A DNA stretch of 64,000 nucleotides from Blastocystis sp. ATCC 50177/Nand II (taxonomy: Eukaryota): positions 124,001 to 188,000 of the forward strand of contig JBBPEE010000035.1 of assembly GCA_039096935.1 (NCBI GenBank), read 5' to 3'. The notes under the pieces are model-generated. The model saw nothing but the letters and a program-made list of their open reading frames with translations, was not told where the DNA came from and did no database searches. Both the position numbers and the translations under genes were made by a program. Shown here one piece after another: positions 53,080 to 64,000 of the stretch. Positions within the stretch are counted from its first letter, which is position 1. Each line of letters opens with the position of its first letter.

Positions 53080-55687
53080 ATGTTCCTTCCTCTCCTATCG
53101 CTTTTACTCCTGTCGCTGTGTCATTCCGCTATCGTGGAAAGAGTATGGGTTCGTCCCGCATCGACAATCGGACAGGACACGCCGCTGTCCTCTACGACTT
53201 TGCAGTCCATCTCCATATCGTCGTTGCAGCAGGCTCTGGATATTGGTATACAGTTCTGTCCGCCGAGCTCAAATGCGCGGTTTTCCTCGCATCAAAACAT
53301 AATCAGTAGATTCACGATCAAGTTCACTGTGAAGGGGATAAACCACGAGTCCGTCCACTTCATGCACCACCTCCAGTCCTCTTCAACGGAGTGCTTGCCC
53401 ATCAGCAGCGCGGTCTTCTCGGACGGAGAAAGCTTCTGGTACGCGACGCAGGGCGTGTACTCCATCATCATCTCCATCCACGATTCCTCCCCGTACGCCA
53501 TCTTCTCCACCTCTTACTCCCTCGCCGTCATCCGTCCCGCCTCCATCCAGTTCCAGCTGTCCTCCCCGCTCTCCGCCTCCTGCACCCTTCCCCTCTCCTC
53601 CCTCGCTAACACTCCCTTCACTCTTCTTCTTCCCTCTTCCATCACCCCCACCGCCGTCCGCTGGGTCCTCGACGGCCGCGAAGCCGCCTCCACCACCCAC
53701 ACGTGGCCTCTCTCCCTCCTCCTCACCTCTAGGCACTCCTTTCACCCCTCCCTGACCGAAGGCACCCACTCCCTCGTCGTCCTTCTCCACACCGAACCCT
53801 ACGGCTTCCCCGAGTACGCCCAAGCCCTCTCCTTCACCGCCACCTCCACACAGGCTCCTACCAAGGCTCCTACCAAGGCTCCTACCAAGGCTCCTACCAA
53901 GGCTCCCACGCAGCCCCCAGTGACCCCCACAATTCCACCGCACGTGGCGCCCACAGTGCCGCCGAAGGCCGAAGAGAGTCGCAGCTACTGCGGCGACGGC
54001 GACTGCTCCGCGGACGAGTCGTGTGCCTCCTGCCCGCTGGACTGCGGCCTGTGCTCCTCCTACACCTGCTCGCCGCAGCACTGCGCCTCGCCCGCCTGCC
54101 GCTGCGCCGCCACGACGCACCCTCTGGGCAGTGCCGCCGCCACGCCGCAGTTCGTGACGATCACATGGGACGACGCACAGACACCCACCACCTTCTCCGC
54201 CATGATGGACGTGGCGCGAACCACCTCCGTGGGGTCAACACGGGCGTTTCATCGTAGGCACGTGATGCGTTCGGGTGTCGTCCGAAGATGACCTTCTTCA
54301 CGCAGACAAACGACAACCAGTACCAGTTCACCAAACAGCTGTACCTGGAGGGCCACGAGGTGGCGTTGCACTCCGTCCACCACAACACCGGCCCGCACAC
54401 CACCAAGTCCGAGTGGGAGCGCGAGATCGTGAAGGCGCGCGAGTACATCGCCCGGCTGTGTTGGCGTCTGCATCGGCTCTGAGCAGTAGCCGGCATTCCC
54501 GAGGCCGCCATCACCGGCTTCCGCGCGCCGGACCTGAAGTACAACGACGCCATGCTGGAGGTGCTGGCGGAGCGGGGCTTCGCCTACGACAGCAGCGTGC
54601 CCTACGAGCCCACCGCGCCCGAGCTGTTGTTCCCCTACACGCTGGACTTCGGCGCCGTCGAGCAGCACTGGCGCCAGCGTGGCATCATCGCGCCGCACGC
54701 GGGGCTGTGGGAGGTGCCGCTGCCCGCGCTGGTGGACGGTGCCTTCGCCGCGGTGACTGTGCAGGATCCGCCCGGCTCGCGCGCGGAGATCGTGGAGCTG
54801 CTGAAGAGCAATTTCGGTTCCGACGTGCGGAGTGGATGAAGCGCAGATCTGCACTACGAGCACGGCCGCGCGCCCTTCGTGATCGGACTGACGGCGTCGT
54901 GGCTGCTGCAGGACGAGGCGCAGCGGCGCGCGGCGCTGGAGGTGGCGATGGGTTGGTGGTGTGAAGTGTAGGAGGTGCTGCAATATGTGGCGGGAAAGAG
55001 CGGCGTGGTGTTCGCCTCCATGGCGGAGTTGGTGGACTACATGAAGGCGCCGGTGTCACTGGAGCAGCTGCAGCAGGCGCCGCGGCAGTGCGTGTCCGCT
55101 ACGCCCACGTGAGGGTGTGTGAGGGAGCTGAGGGTTAGTCCTGTGGAGGCGCTGTGTGGCGGACAGACCATCAACACCTGCTACTACTCCTCCGTGGTCC
55201 TTCGCTTTGCGCGTCATGCGTAGCGCAACTTCCAGACGTGCGAGCAGTGTCCGGACTACTATCCCGGAGAAGAGCCGTCATCATCCACGATCGGCACCAT
55301 TGCGCCAGAGAACCAGTGGCAGGGCTTGTTCAGCACGGCGAACGAGCAGCGGTGGGACGGCGGGTTCTGCATGTCGGTAACCATCGGGAACAAGGGCATG
55401 CGGCCCGCGTCCTTCTTCGAGGTGGGATTCAGAGTTGCGAATTCCCAGTAGATTACCTTCACAACGAAAAACTGCCAACTCACCACGCTGTGGGGGTTGA
55501 AGATCAAATCGACGGCGCAAGGCAAGTACACCGTGATTCCGGATCGGAATGTGTTGATAAAGCCGAACAAGGTGGGATCCGTGAGGGGCAGTGACGAGCA
55601 GGAGTACTCTCTCGGCGGTATCTGTGCGAAGACGAGTCAGAAGTATTCCATTTCAGGGACGGTTGTTCTGTATGCGGACGCTCCGTG
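53080..55687 (+). CDS. Secreted chitin-deacetylase-like (CE4) protein with a C-terminal CBM2-like domain; poly(A)-completed TGA
   Basis: Signal peptide MFLPLLSLLLLSLCHS; TKAP repeat; Cys-rich module; PQFVTITWDDA, HEVALHSVHH, GFRAPDL, YDSS, PYTLD, LWEVP; WDGGFCMSVTIGNKG. Confidence 0.8.
53851..53910 (+). repeat. 12-nt tandem repeat encoding a (TKAP)n mucin-like linker
   Basis: accaaggctcct repeated about 5 times. Confidence 0.9.
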
Positions 55688-55699
55688 TGTGTGTTTGTT
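55686..55699 (+). terminator. Poly(A) signal TGTTTGTT with incomplete stop TG
   Basis: GCT CCG TG|TGTG TGTTTGTT. Confidence 0.7.
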
Positions 55700-55882
55700 G
55701 GTGTGAAACGCACTCACTTCGTTTTCATACACAACAACTCCAATTTCCCCTTCTCAATGCATTATATGTCGGGTGCACTTCAAGTGGGAAGCAGAGGAAC
55801 GGAATCCCTTCCCTTCAGCCCATCTTGATCCCTTTCACGGCGGATACCCTTTCCGGGATGCACTCATTTCTGTGGTTCTGCT

Positions 55883-57050
55883 ATGATGGACAAGTTCGTG
55901 AAAACGCTAAAGACAACCAAACGACGGATCAGCCAGCAGCTGAAGGTGGCCACCGGCCAGGCGGAGATGACGAGAGACGCAGAGTTCGATCTGGCCTATC
56001 GCGACTTTGCTGATCTGGAGAGCAACCTGAAGTTGCTCAGTTCGCAGTGCGTATCCATCATCCACAACGTGGACAGCTGGTGCGACACGAACCGCAAGTT
56101 GGCGGACGAGTTGCTGCACTTCACGATGAAGAGCGAGGTGGACACGGAAGACATGACGGAGTACCGAGAAGCGATCAACAACCTGCACATCGCTCTGCAG
56201 GCGGAGTACGACTACACGCGGCGCGCCATCATCTGCGTTCTGCGTTCCCACATCATCGTGCGCATCGACGGGCTGCTGAAGCAGGAGTTTGCGGCGGTGG
56301 AGAAGGTGGTGAAGACACGCAAGAACATCCTGACGGACTACGACTCGCATCGCGCGAAGTGCAGCCTGTACGAGCGGCGCGGCGACTCGAGCAACGCGGA
56401 CCGGTTCCGGGTGAAGATGGAGCACGACAGCGAGATGCTGCGCGAGCACAGCGAGTACCTGCGGAAGCGGTTCGCGGAGCTGGTGGCGGTGGGCGGCGCG
56501 CTGCTGCGGCAGGAGACGGCGACGCTGGTGGCGTGCGAGATGTACCTGCTGCAGTGCCAGAACGAGGCGATGGCGACGATCGCGAGCGGCTTCTCCGGGT
56601 CGTCGGTGCAGCAGGTGCTGGAGGGGCTGGCGGCGCTGGCGGAGCGCATCAAGGACGGCGAGGACGTGGAGCGTGAGTACGTGCCGCCCGCGCTGGCGCT
56701 GCCCGCCCTCAGCTGCGCCGAGCCGCCCGTGGTGACCGACTACCCCGCCGTGTCACGTCTGCAGGCGAGCTCACAATCGAGTCAGGTGGGTTCTCAAACG
56801 GATAAGGTGGGTTTTCAAACGGATAAGGCGAACGCTCAGCCCATGACAGTTCAGCAACAAAAGGGGACGAGTGAGAGGGGGCCGCAGATGGTGAGGGCGC
56901 TGTACTCGCTGGACACGGCGGAGGAGGGGGAGCTGGCGTTCAAGGAGGGCGACTGCATCGAGGTGCTTCGTGAGGATCCGAGCGGATGGTGGGAGGGCAG
57001 ACTGAACGGGAAGACGGGTCGATTTCCGTGCAACTACACGCAGGCTTGTT
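55883..57050 (+). CDS. BAR + SH3 domain protein (amphiphysin/endophilin-like), intronless; poly(A)-completed stop
   Basis: N-BAR-like TRDAEFD...KTRKNILTDYDSHR; SH3 VRALYS...ELAFKEGD...GWWEG...GRFPCNY. Confidence 0.9.
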
Positions 57051-57062
57051 TGGCTGTTTGTT
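57050..57062 (+). terminator. Poly(A) signal TGTTTGTT with incomplete stop T
   Basis: GCT TGT T|TGGC TGTTTGTT. Confidence 0.8.
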
Positions 57063-57366
57063 GTATCAGACTCCCCCATTCCCCCACAATTTGAGAGCAC
57101 GATCAAATGCGGAGAAGTCGACAGAAACGGACTGTTTGTTCTCCAAAGATAGTGTCGTCGCTTTGCTTCGTCATACGAATGGGTATGCCATCCTGTGCGC
57201 CTTCATCCGCAGACAGCTCTGGAAAACGAGGTAGAGACGTTGGTTTTGGTAAGGAATGATCTGCACCTCTTACGTGTAGAAGAATCGGAGAAGGAGATGG
57301 AGAATAGTGCAAATAGTGCGCTGCTGTTCGAATTTGAATTATTCTGTAGCAAACAAACGGCAAAAG

Positions 57367-60255
57367 ATGAAGGAGACAGAAACGGAACGCACAGAGTCGC
57401 CCGTGAAGGATGTGGTTCCAAACACGATTGACACGATTCTAAATATGGAGGCAGATATTCCACACAGGGAAGAGGAAGTGGGCGGAAAGACGGTGAATAT
57501 TGGAGAGCTGGAAGTCGATTTGCTTTCGCTTTGGGTTTATGGCTAGGATTTGATCAACCAAGAGTCACCCGATTCGTCTTCTGTCGAAAACGAGCCCATG
57601 ACTCCACCCCGCGCGACTCCTCGCAAATCAAAGCCGTTGACCCCTTGCCTATCTGAAAAGCGAACTGCATCTGCCAAGCGAATCCATTTCGGGAAGAAGG
57701 CTATCGTGGACTTCAGCGAATCCGAGCCGGTCACATCCTTGACTCCCCTTCTTCAGCGCGTTGCTTCCAATTGTAATTCTTGACGTATAGGTGGAGAGCG
57801 ACTTGACCACGCATGCAACGGCCGTAACGGAGGTGGCTTCTCCCGATAGTCCGGAAACGAGTCGCAACTCCAGCTATCTTTCTCAGTTCGACGTACTTCT
57901 TTTCCCTCTTCTCAACGACAGGCCGAGCCGGACATTCCCTCCCTCTCCCGCGCATCGCAGCGATTGCGGTCTCCTCCTCCTCTCTCCATGACCCTCAGCC
58001 TCTCCGTCCTCAGCGGCGCGCCGCAACCGGCCTCGGAAGACTCCTCCCTCCTCTCCTCCGCGGGCGGTTCGCGCCGCCAGACAGCCGACCTCCAGGAACT
58101 CCAAGCGCTTCTCAACGACGAGCAGGCAACAAGCCCCAATGGCACTGCAGACGCCGGTGCGAGTGTGGCAGGCGCGGCGAGTGTGGAGGACAAGACGGTA
58201 CGGCTGTCACGCGTGCAGGCGCTGCTGGAGGCGTCGAACAGCGCGTCGGAGTCGCCGAGCGCGATAGACGCGGAGGAGACCGTGGCGCTGCAGGACCTGC
58301 TCCAAGTGTCACAGCAGGTGGAGCCCTCCAGCGACTCCTCCATGTCCATCTCGCGCGACTCCGACGCCACCGGGTCCGCGCGCGCGTCGGAGTCGCGGCG
58401 GGCGACGCTGGGGCTGGGCGAGGTGCAGACGCGTCTGATGCAGGAGCTGAACGACTTCGAGCGCCGCTCCTCCATCTTCACGCGCCCTCTCTCTCAAGCT
58501 TCACGCGCCTCCCGGGCCTCCCAGACCACCGCTACAGTCACGGGAAGCACCGCGGGTAACACGGGTAACACGGGTAACACGGGTAACACGGGCACGGAGG
58601 CGGCGGGCGGGCTGCTGGGGCTGCTGGAGGCGGAGCAGGACTCCACGCTGGAACTGCAGCAGTACGCCGAGGCGCTGCGGCGCGAGCGGGCGGAGGCATT
58701 GGCGGCACAGCCGTCGGAGCCGTCCGAGGCGACGGAGGCGACGGACGAGATCCTGAAGAAGATGCGGCTGTCGACAAGCGCGGCGCGCGTGGAGGAGTTC
58801 GACGCGACGGTGACGGAGGACCTGCGGCGCCTGTCGCAGCTGCTGGAGCCGGCGCGCGCGGGCGTGGAGGAGGACTCGCTGGAGGGCGGCGAGGAGAAGG
58901 CGCACGCGCCGCAGCGGTTCTCGCCGCTGGTGACGCGGTCGGGCAGCAAGCAGGTGATCCACAGCGTGAAGAGCAACCAGAAGTACGCGGGCGGCGCGGA
59001 GGAGCAGCTGCGCGTCATCGACAGCGTCACGCCCCGGAAGCTCTTCCAGGACCCGCCCGACGCCGACGAGCCTGCTCAGGCGATTCCCGTGGCACCAGCC
59101 GCTCCAACGACGCAAACCACTCAGACTCCTCCTGTGATGCCGATCGCTCAGACTCCTCCTGTGATGCCGATCGCTCAGACTCCTCCTGTGATGCCGACCA
59201 CTCAGACTCCTCCTGTGACGCAAACCACTCAGACTCCTCCTGTGATACAGATGACGGAGAAGGCGGGAGAGTCCTCACGCGAGAAGGAGATGGAGACGAG
59301 CCTCAACCTGGACCAGTACTTTTTGCCCTCCAAGACGCAGTCCTCCCTCGACGCCTCCTCCATCGTCTCCGCCTCCCTCCAACTCACCTCCTCCGAAAGT
59401 ATCTCCGTCGACCCTGCGGAACCCGCCAAGCCCGCCGACGCCACGCCTCCCACCCCACATACCCCAAGAATTCCAGAGCCAACTCTCTCGCCCATTCGCC
59501 CGCCCATGAGTGCCATTCCAGAACCTTCTCTCTCGCCGATTGATCCGCCGGCGAAGGCCGTCAAGGAACCCTCCCTTTCTCCCGTCGTGTTGGGGCGTTT
59601 CATTCATCCGTAGATTCTCCCGCCAAAGAAGGAACCGGTGGTGCTGAGTGACGTGGTTGTGGAGAAAAAGGCGCGAATTCTGTCATTCCATCGGGTGCGT
59701 GATAAGGAGTGAGATGAGGAATAGAGTCTGGTGAGCGTTTCGTTCCATTTGGAGCGGATTCTGGGTACGAGAAAGCTGTGCGAGGAGCTGATGGAGCTGC
59801 GAGGGAAGGAGAAGAGCGTCCGCGCGGAGATCGAGGCGAAGGAGAGGGAGAAGAAGAGCGTGGAGGAGGAAGTGAAGGCGTTGGAAGAGAAGGAGAGAAC
59901 GGAGTCAGAGAAGAAGGAGGAGAAGAAAGCGGTAGTGAAGAAGGAGGAGGAAAGCAATATGAAGGAGTCTGTGGAGGAGATTGAGAAGATGCTGGGGTGC
60001 TTTGTGCGGCTTCTCTCCGATGATTCGTTTGAATTGCTGATCAAGAAGCGAGAGGAGAGCAAGGCCCGGATTATCATTCACATGCTTTCAGATCAGTCCG
60101 TTTCGATTCGGGTCGTGTTCCACCCCTCGATTACGAAGTCGCTTAGGAAGCGACTCGAAGCGCGGCTGCCCATCCAGACGGAAAGAATCGTGGAGGTGAA
60201 GGACATGAGAGAGATGGTATGTCGGTACTACTGGATCGTGTGTCATACTTGTTAG
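57367..60255 (+). CDS. Large disordered protein with an RVxF-like motif, repeats and a C-terminal coiled coil; KNL1/Spc105-like candidate
   Basis: PCLS...KRIHFG..DF....PVTSLTP; repeated T-x-x-L-x-x-L modules; coiled coil then alpha/beta tail; TAG 60253-60255 then GGTTTGTT 60269-60276. Confidence 0.5.
59119..59246 (+). repeat. 24-nt tandem repeat encoding (A/T)QTPPVMP(I/T)
   Basis: ctcagactcctcctgtga repeated 5 times. Confidence 0.9.
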
Positions 60256-60322
60256 TCTTTTGCAGAGCGGTTTGTTGAACAAAGACGCGCTAAATCTTGA
60301 TCAACCTTCGAATTGTCCTTCA

Positions 60323-60766
60323 TTACACACGGCTGGGGAAGAGCATCACACGGACAGTCTTGCCAATGGCAGTGGAAGGAAGGTTGCGGCGGAAGATGCA
60401 GCGGACCTAGTCGTCAGTTCAACACAAAAACGCCTACCACACCGTTGTCTCCATGAGCGCACATCACCTTACCACAGATCATGCGGTAGTGAGAACCGTT
60501 CTTCATGGTAGGAGCCTACAGCACGGTCAGATGCCATTCCCACCCGCGACGCACAGACGTACCTTGTAGATGTAGACAACGCGCTTACCGAAGTAGAACT
60601 CGGCGTCCTTCTTGGTGTTCACTCCCTCCATCTTAACGAGGTGCTGGTTGGTGTTCTGAAGGACCTTGGATCTACGGCGTGAGAACAACCTTCCGGATGA
60701 ATATTCCTACCTTCTGAAGCCGAGGAACGCTCCCTTAACGTACAGCTTAGTGGGCTTGTAAGACAT
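60323..60766 (-). CDS. RPL35A: 60S ribosomal protein L35a (eL33), multi-exon
   Basis: KLYVKGAFLGFRR|SK..QNTNQHLVKMEGV...FYFGKRVVYIYK, WGKVMCAHG, RVMLFPSRV*. Confidence 0.93.
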
Positions 60767-61187
60767 ATTGCCTAGAAAGGGGTTAATGCCGACTGCTCCA
60801 CAAGAAGCCCATCTCAATGCCCAAATATGTTCATTGGGTCGTTAAAACGCTCAATAAGCGAAAGAAACTACGTACAACAATGAATTCCTAGAAATGATCA
60901 AGAATCTGCTTCTCACCAAAAGAAAAAGGGACCCAGGGGTACAATTCAATAATGCGAATGCGATACCATCCGCCGATATCCCCTACATCATCCTCTTCCA
61001 GCCTATCCATGGACAGAATCAGCGGGATTGAGTGAAAGAACTGGACAGCGACCACAAAGACCTCACCGATGAACGAATGTTGGAAAAGACCGAATCAGCA
61101 ATCCCACTGTGTAAGAGACTGGAAATGTGTGAAACAAAGAAATAGATGGTGATTGTTTTTCAAAGTAACACTTTCTTCCCAGCATGC

Positions 61188-61589
61188 TTAAATCTGCTCC
61201 TTAGGGGTGTCTACGAGAGTTAGCACGCACAATCGATTGCCTACTAGGAGGGAGGGCCTTCGCCAGCTTCTCAGCCTTAGCAGCATCCTTCACAACGAAG
61301 GTGTACAGGTACTATCGGATTAGACCCGGGAGTGACACAAGTCGCCTACCTTGCTGCAGCGCACCTTGAACTTCGTCTCACCGTTGGCGTTCTTCTTGAT
61401 CTTGATCACTACGGCATTACACCCACAAAACGGGCCGCTTACGAGAAGCATCCTTTCTTCTAGAGACGATGACAAACTCGCGGACGTCCTTAATCTCCTT
61501 GGGCTACGACAGAGTAAATACGCCGTTCAACACAGTTCGCCTCATTTCATTTATCACACGCCAAGAACAAGTCACAAGCACCCTACCAT
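61188..61589 (-). CDS. RPL38: 60S ribosomal protein L38 (eL38), 5 exons
   Basis: M|PKEIKDVREFV..SRRKDAS|.IKIKKN..ETKFKVRCSK|YLYTFVVKD..KAEKL..ALPP. Confidence 0.93.
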
Positions 61590-62153
61590 GATAGTATTTA
61601 GGAATGAAATAACAATCTTTAGGTGAGAACAAGGGGAAAGGAAAGGAATAGGCGAACCCCTGGATCGATGCCCCTATTCATTTCTGTAACCTTTATTTGG
61701 AATACTCCATCCCATCTTGTTCTCTCAATTCAAAAGCAGTTCTGTTGCACTACCTTGCATTTTTGTTTCTTCCATGTTGTGTGAATGAAATGAGCGTAGC
61801 CACTTGTTGTTTCGGAGTACTTCGGTTTTCGCTCCATCACAATTGAATCGATGAATCTGTGTTCTAGTCATAGTAAAATGGAGTGCATAACCGAATAATA
61901 CGATTCTGTTCACCATCAACTCAATCTCGCTTTGTTTGGATTATAGATAAGAGAAAGAGCACACTTTGGTACAATAGGACAGGATTTGGGTTTGTAAGGA
62001 GAGTGGGAGAGATGAAGTCAAGAAGACTCACTTTGCAGCGGTATTGAATAGAAAACGAAGAGTAGGTGAAAAACACATAGCGTAAAGAACAAAGCACCAC
62101 TCCATTCAATTCAAGAAGAGCGGCGATTATTGCTGATACCCGCAGTTCTTAGT

Positions 62154-64000
62154 ATGGAGGATCCCTTCTCTAGTTCCGAAAAGAAGCTGGAGCTGGAAAA
62201 CCTGGTTTCACCCATCAAGCCCCGTAGGGAGGAAAACAGCATACTAAGTGATGAAGAAGAGAGCGAAGACTCCATTCTAAATCGAGTCGCTCGAAAGCCG
62301 TAAGTGGGCTGTTGTTTCCGTTCACCAATAGACATCGTGTTATTGATTCCGAATCTACACTCCTGGCAGACTCAGAAAAGTCTCTATTGCCAAAGAAGGA
62401 GATTCGATTCAAAGATGAAATCCCAGCAGTATCCAAGGAGGACGAATATGTTTCTGTGCTCGGTGACGAACCGGCAAAATCAGAGCAGTGCTATTTCTGT
62501 CATGGGAGAGAGGACTTGGTTTCCTGCACGGGCGGATGCAACCGCGCATACCATTTGCGTTGTATTGGAATGAAGGCTACAACCAACTATGCGAACTGGA
62601 AGTGCAAGCAGTGTCGTGGAATGGCGCTGAAGTCCTCCGATTATCACAAGAAGCACTGTCTGAAGCAATGGTATTTGAAATATGTTGTTTCCCTGCAAAG
62701 TGGAGAGAAGTCGATTGTTTTCGAGGGCATTCGCTGTTTTGACAACACTGTGTGGAAGTGCTCTCCAGTGTCATCCGTTATCGACCCTACTCACTTTCAA
62801 ACGGTCAACAACGCCATCTACATTCTGATCGGAGAGGAAGATGCGAAGAAGAGTGCCGCCAACGGCTTCCAGCAGGACGTGTGTGATGCCTTCCAGAAGG
62901 GCATTCCCCAGGACTGGAAGGCGCGCATCGGGGGATGTGGCGCAGAGAGCGAGTTGGCGCAGCAGCCATCGGATGTGTCGATTGACAAGGAGAGGGAGAA
63001 GGGTGTGATGGTGGACAATAAGAAAGAGAAGGGTGTGGTGGTGGAGGAGGAAGTGAGAGAGAAGGAGGAACAGGAAAAGGTGAATGAAGAAAAGACGAAA
63101 GTGGAAGGTGACAAGGAAGCTCCATCAGCGCCACAGCCCGCGAAGGCTCCAGTAAAGAGAAGACGCCGCAACGTCACGGTCCCCTCCGTGCGCGTGATCC
63201 CACTGGACCCCGAGGACAGCGACTCGTCCGCCGCGGAGCCGCAAGAGCCGTCGGAGCCGTCGGAGCCGCCGGAGTTCCCGCCGCCCGTGCGCCGCAGCTC
63301 GCGCATCCGCATGCCGCCGCTGGCCTTCTGGAAGAACGAGTACCTGCGGGAGAACGTGAAGACGGGCCGGACGGAGCTCATCGTGGGCAGCTCGAACGCG
63401 GACCTGCCGAGCGTGATGGCGCACGCGTTCCCGCTGGAGCCGTCGCCCTCCGTGTATGAGATGGTGACCGCCGCCGCGCCTAGCGTGAGGAGGAGCAAGG
63501 AGAAGAAGAGTGGAGAGAAGAAAGAGAAGAGGGTGGACAAGGCAGTGAAGAAAAAGCCGGAAAGAACGGAAAAGCCGGAAAAGGAGAAGAAGGAAAAGGT
63601 AGAGAAGAAGAAGCCAGAAAAGAAGGTGGAAAAGGAAACAAAGAACCCCGTCAAGAAGCCAAAGACCAAAACACCTCCTGTTGAGAAGCTTAAAGCCCCC
63701 GAGCCCGTCTTCGTGGAGGTTCGATTCCGAAGCGACGCTGACCAGTAGTGGAAAGAGAAGGAAGTGAACGACCTGCGCCAGGCGGTGGAGGCGGTGCGGC
63801 TGGCACCGAGCAGCCCGCTCTTCTGGATCCAGGTCAGCCTGCGCGTGCCGGGAAAGACGGCGAAGGAGTGCGAGAGAGCGGCGGGCGTGTACCACATCGA
63901 GCTGAAGAGTGAGCGCGATGGCATCCAGTCACGGGTAGAGAAGCCGGAGAAGAAGGCTGTAGAGAAGAAGAAGCCGTCGATCGTTCGAGCAGACGGGCGG
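62154..64000 (+). CDS. KNL2: KNL2/Mis18BP1-like protein with PHD, SANTA, CENP-C-like motif and SANT/Myb domains (runs off the window)
   Basis: PHD CYFC...CTGGCNRAYHLRC...WKCKQC; SANTA LKQWYLK...IVFEG...WKCSPV...YILIG...FQKGIPQDWK; RRSSRIRMPPLAFWKNE; SANT WKEKEVNDL...FWIQVSLRVPGKTAKEC. Confidence 0.8.

Noticed and set aside
60886..60902. GATCATTTCTA on the minus strand resembling U3 snoRNA box A
   Set aside because: Better explained as the 3' end of a 29-nt GT-AG 5'-UTR intron of RPL35A; other U3 boxes are not in the expected order.

Overview
Gene-dense eukaryotic nuclear DNA with about 40 protein-coding genes on both strands. Most are split by very short (about 30-35 nt) GT-AG introns and separated by tens of bases, and there is one tRNA-Lys(CTT). 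Tiny introns, a TGTTTGTT-like motif after nearly every gene, BspA-like LRR and MORN-like families and mitochondrion-related-organelle presequences point to the gut stramenopile Blastocystis (inferred, not database-checked). Main result: about ten genes have no in-frame genomic stop where their protein family ends. In each, a codon-initial T, TA or TG ends exactly 4 nt before a TGTTTGTT-like motif, so poly(A) addition would complete UAA or UGA. This mechanism is already described for Blastocystis; here it can be read base by base, including two TG+A cases and back-to-back bidirectional signals. Other findings: two candidate U12 introns (AT-AC and AT-AG), an EST1+NYN (Smg6L-type) nuclease, a 44-aa metallothionein-like ORF absent from the ORF track, a tail-anchored galactokinase, a PHD-SANTA KNL2 near a KNL1-like gene, a secreted deacetylase-CBM2 protein lacking its catalytic His, and an intronless bacterial-type aspartase. 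Multi-exon CDS coordinates are outer spans from manual splicing and need RNA-seq confirmation.
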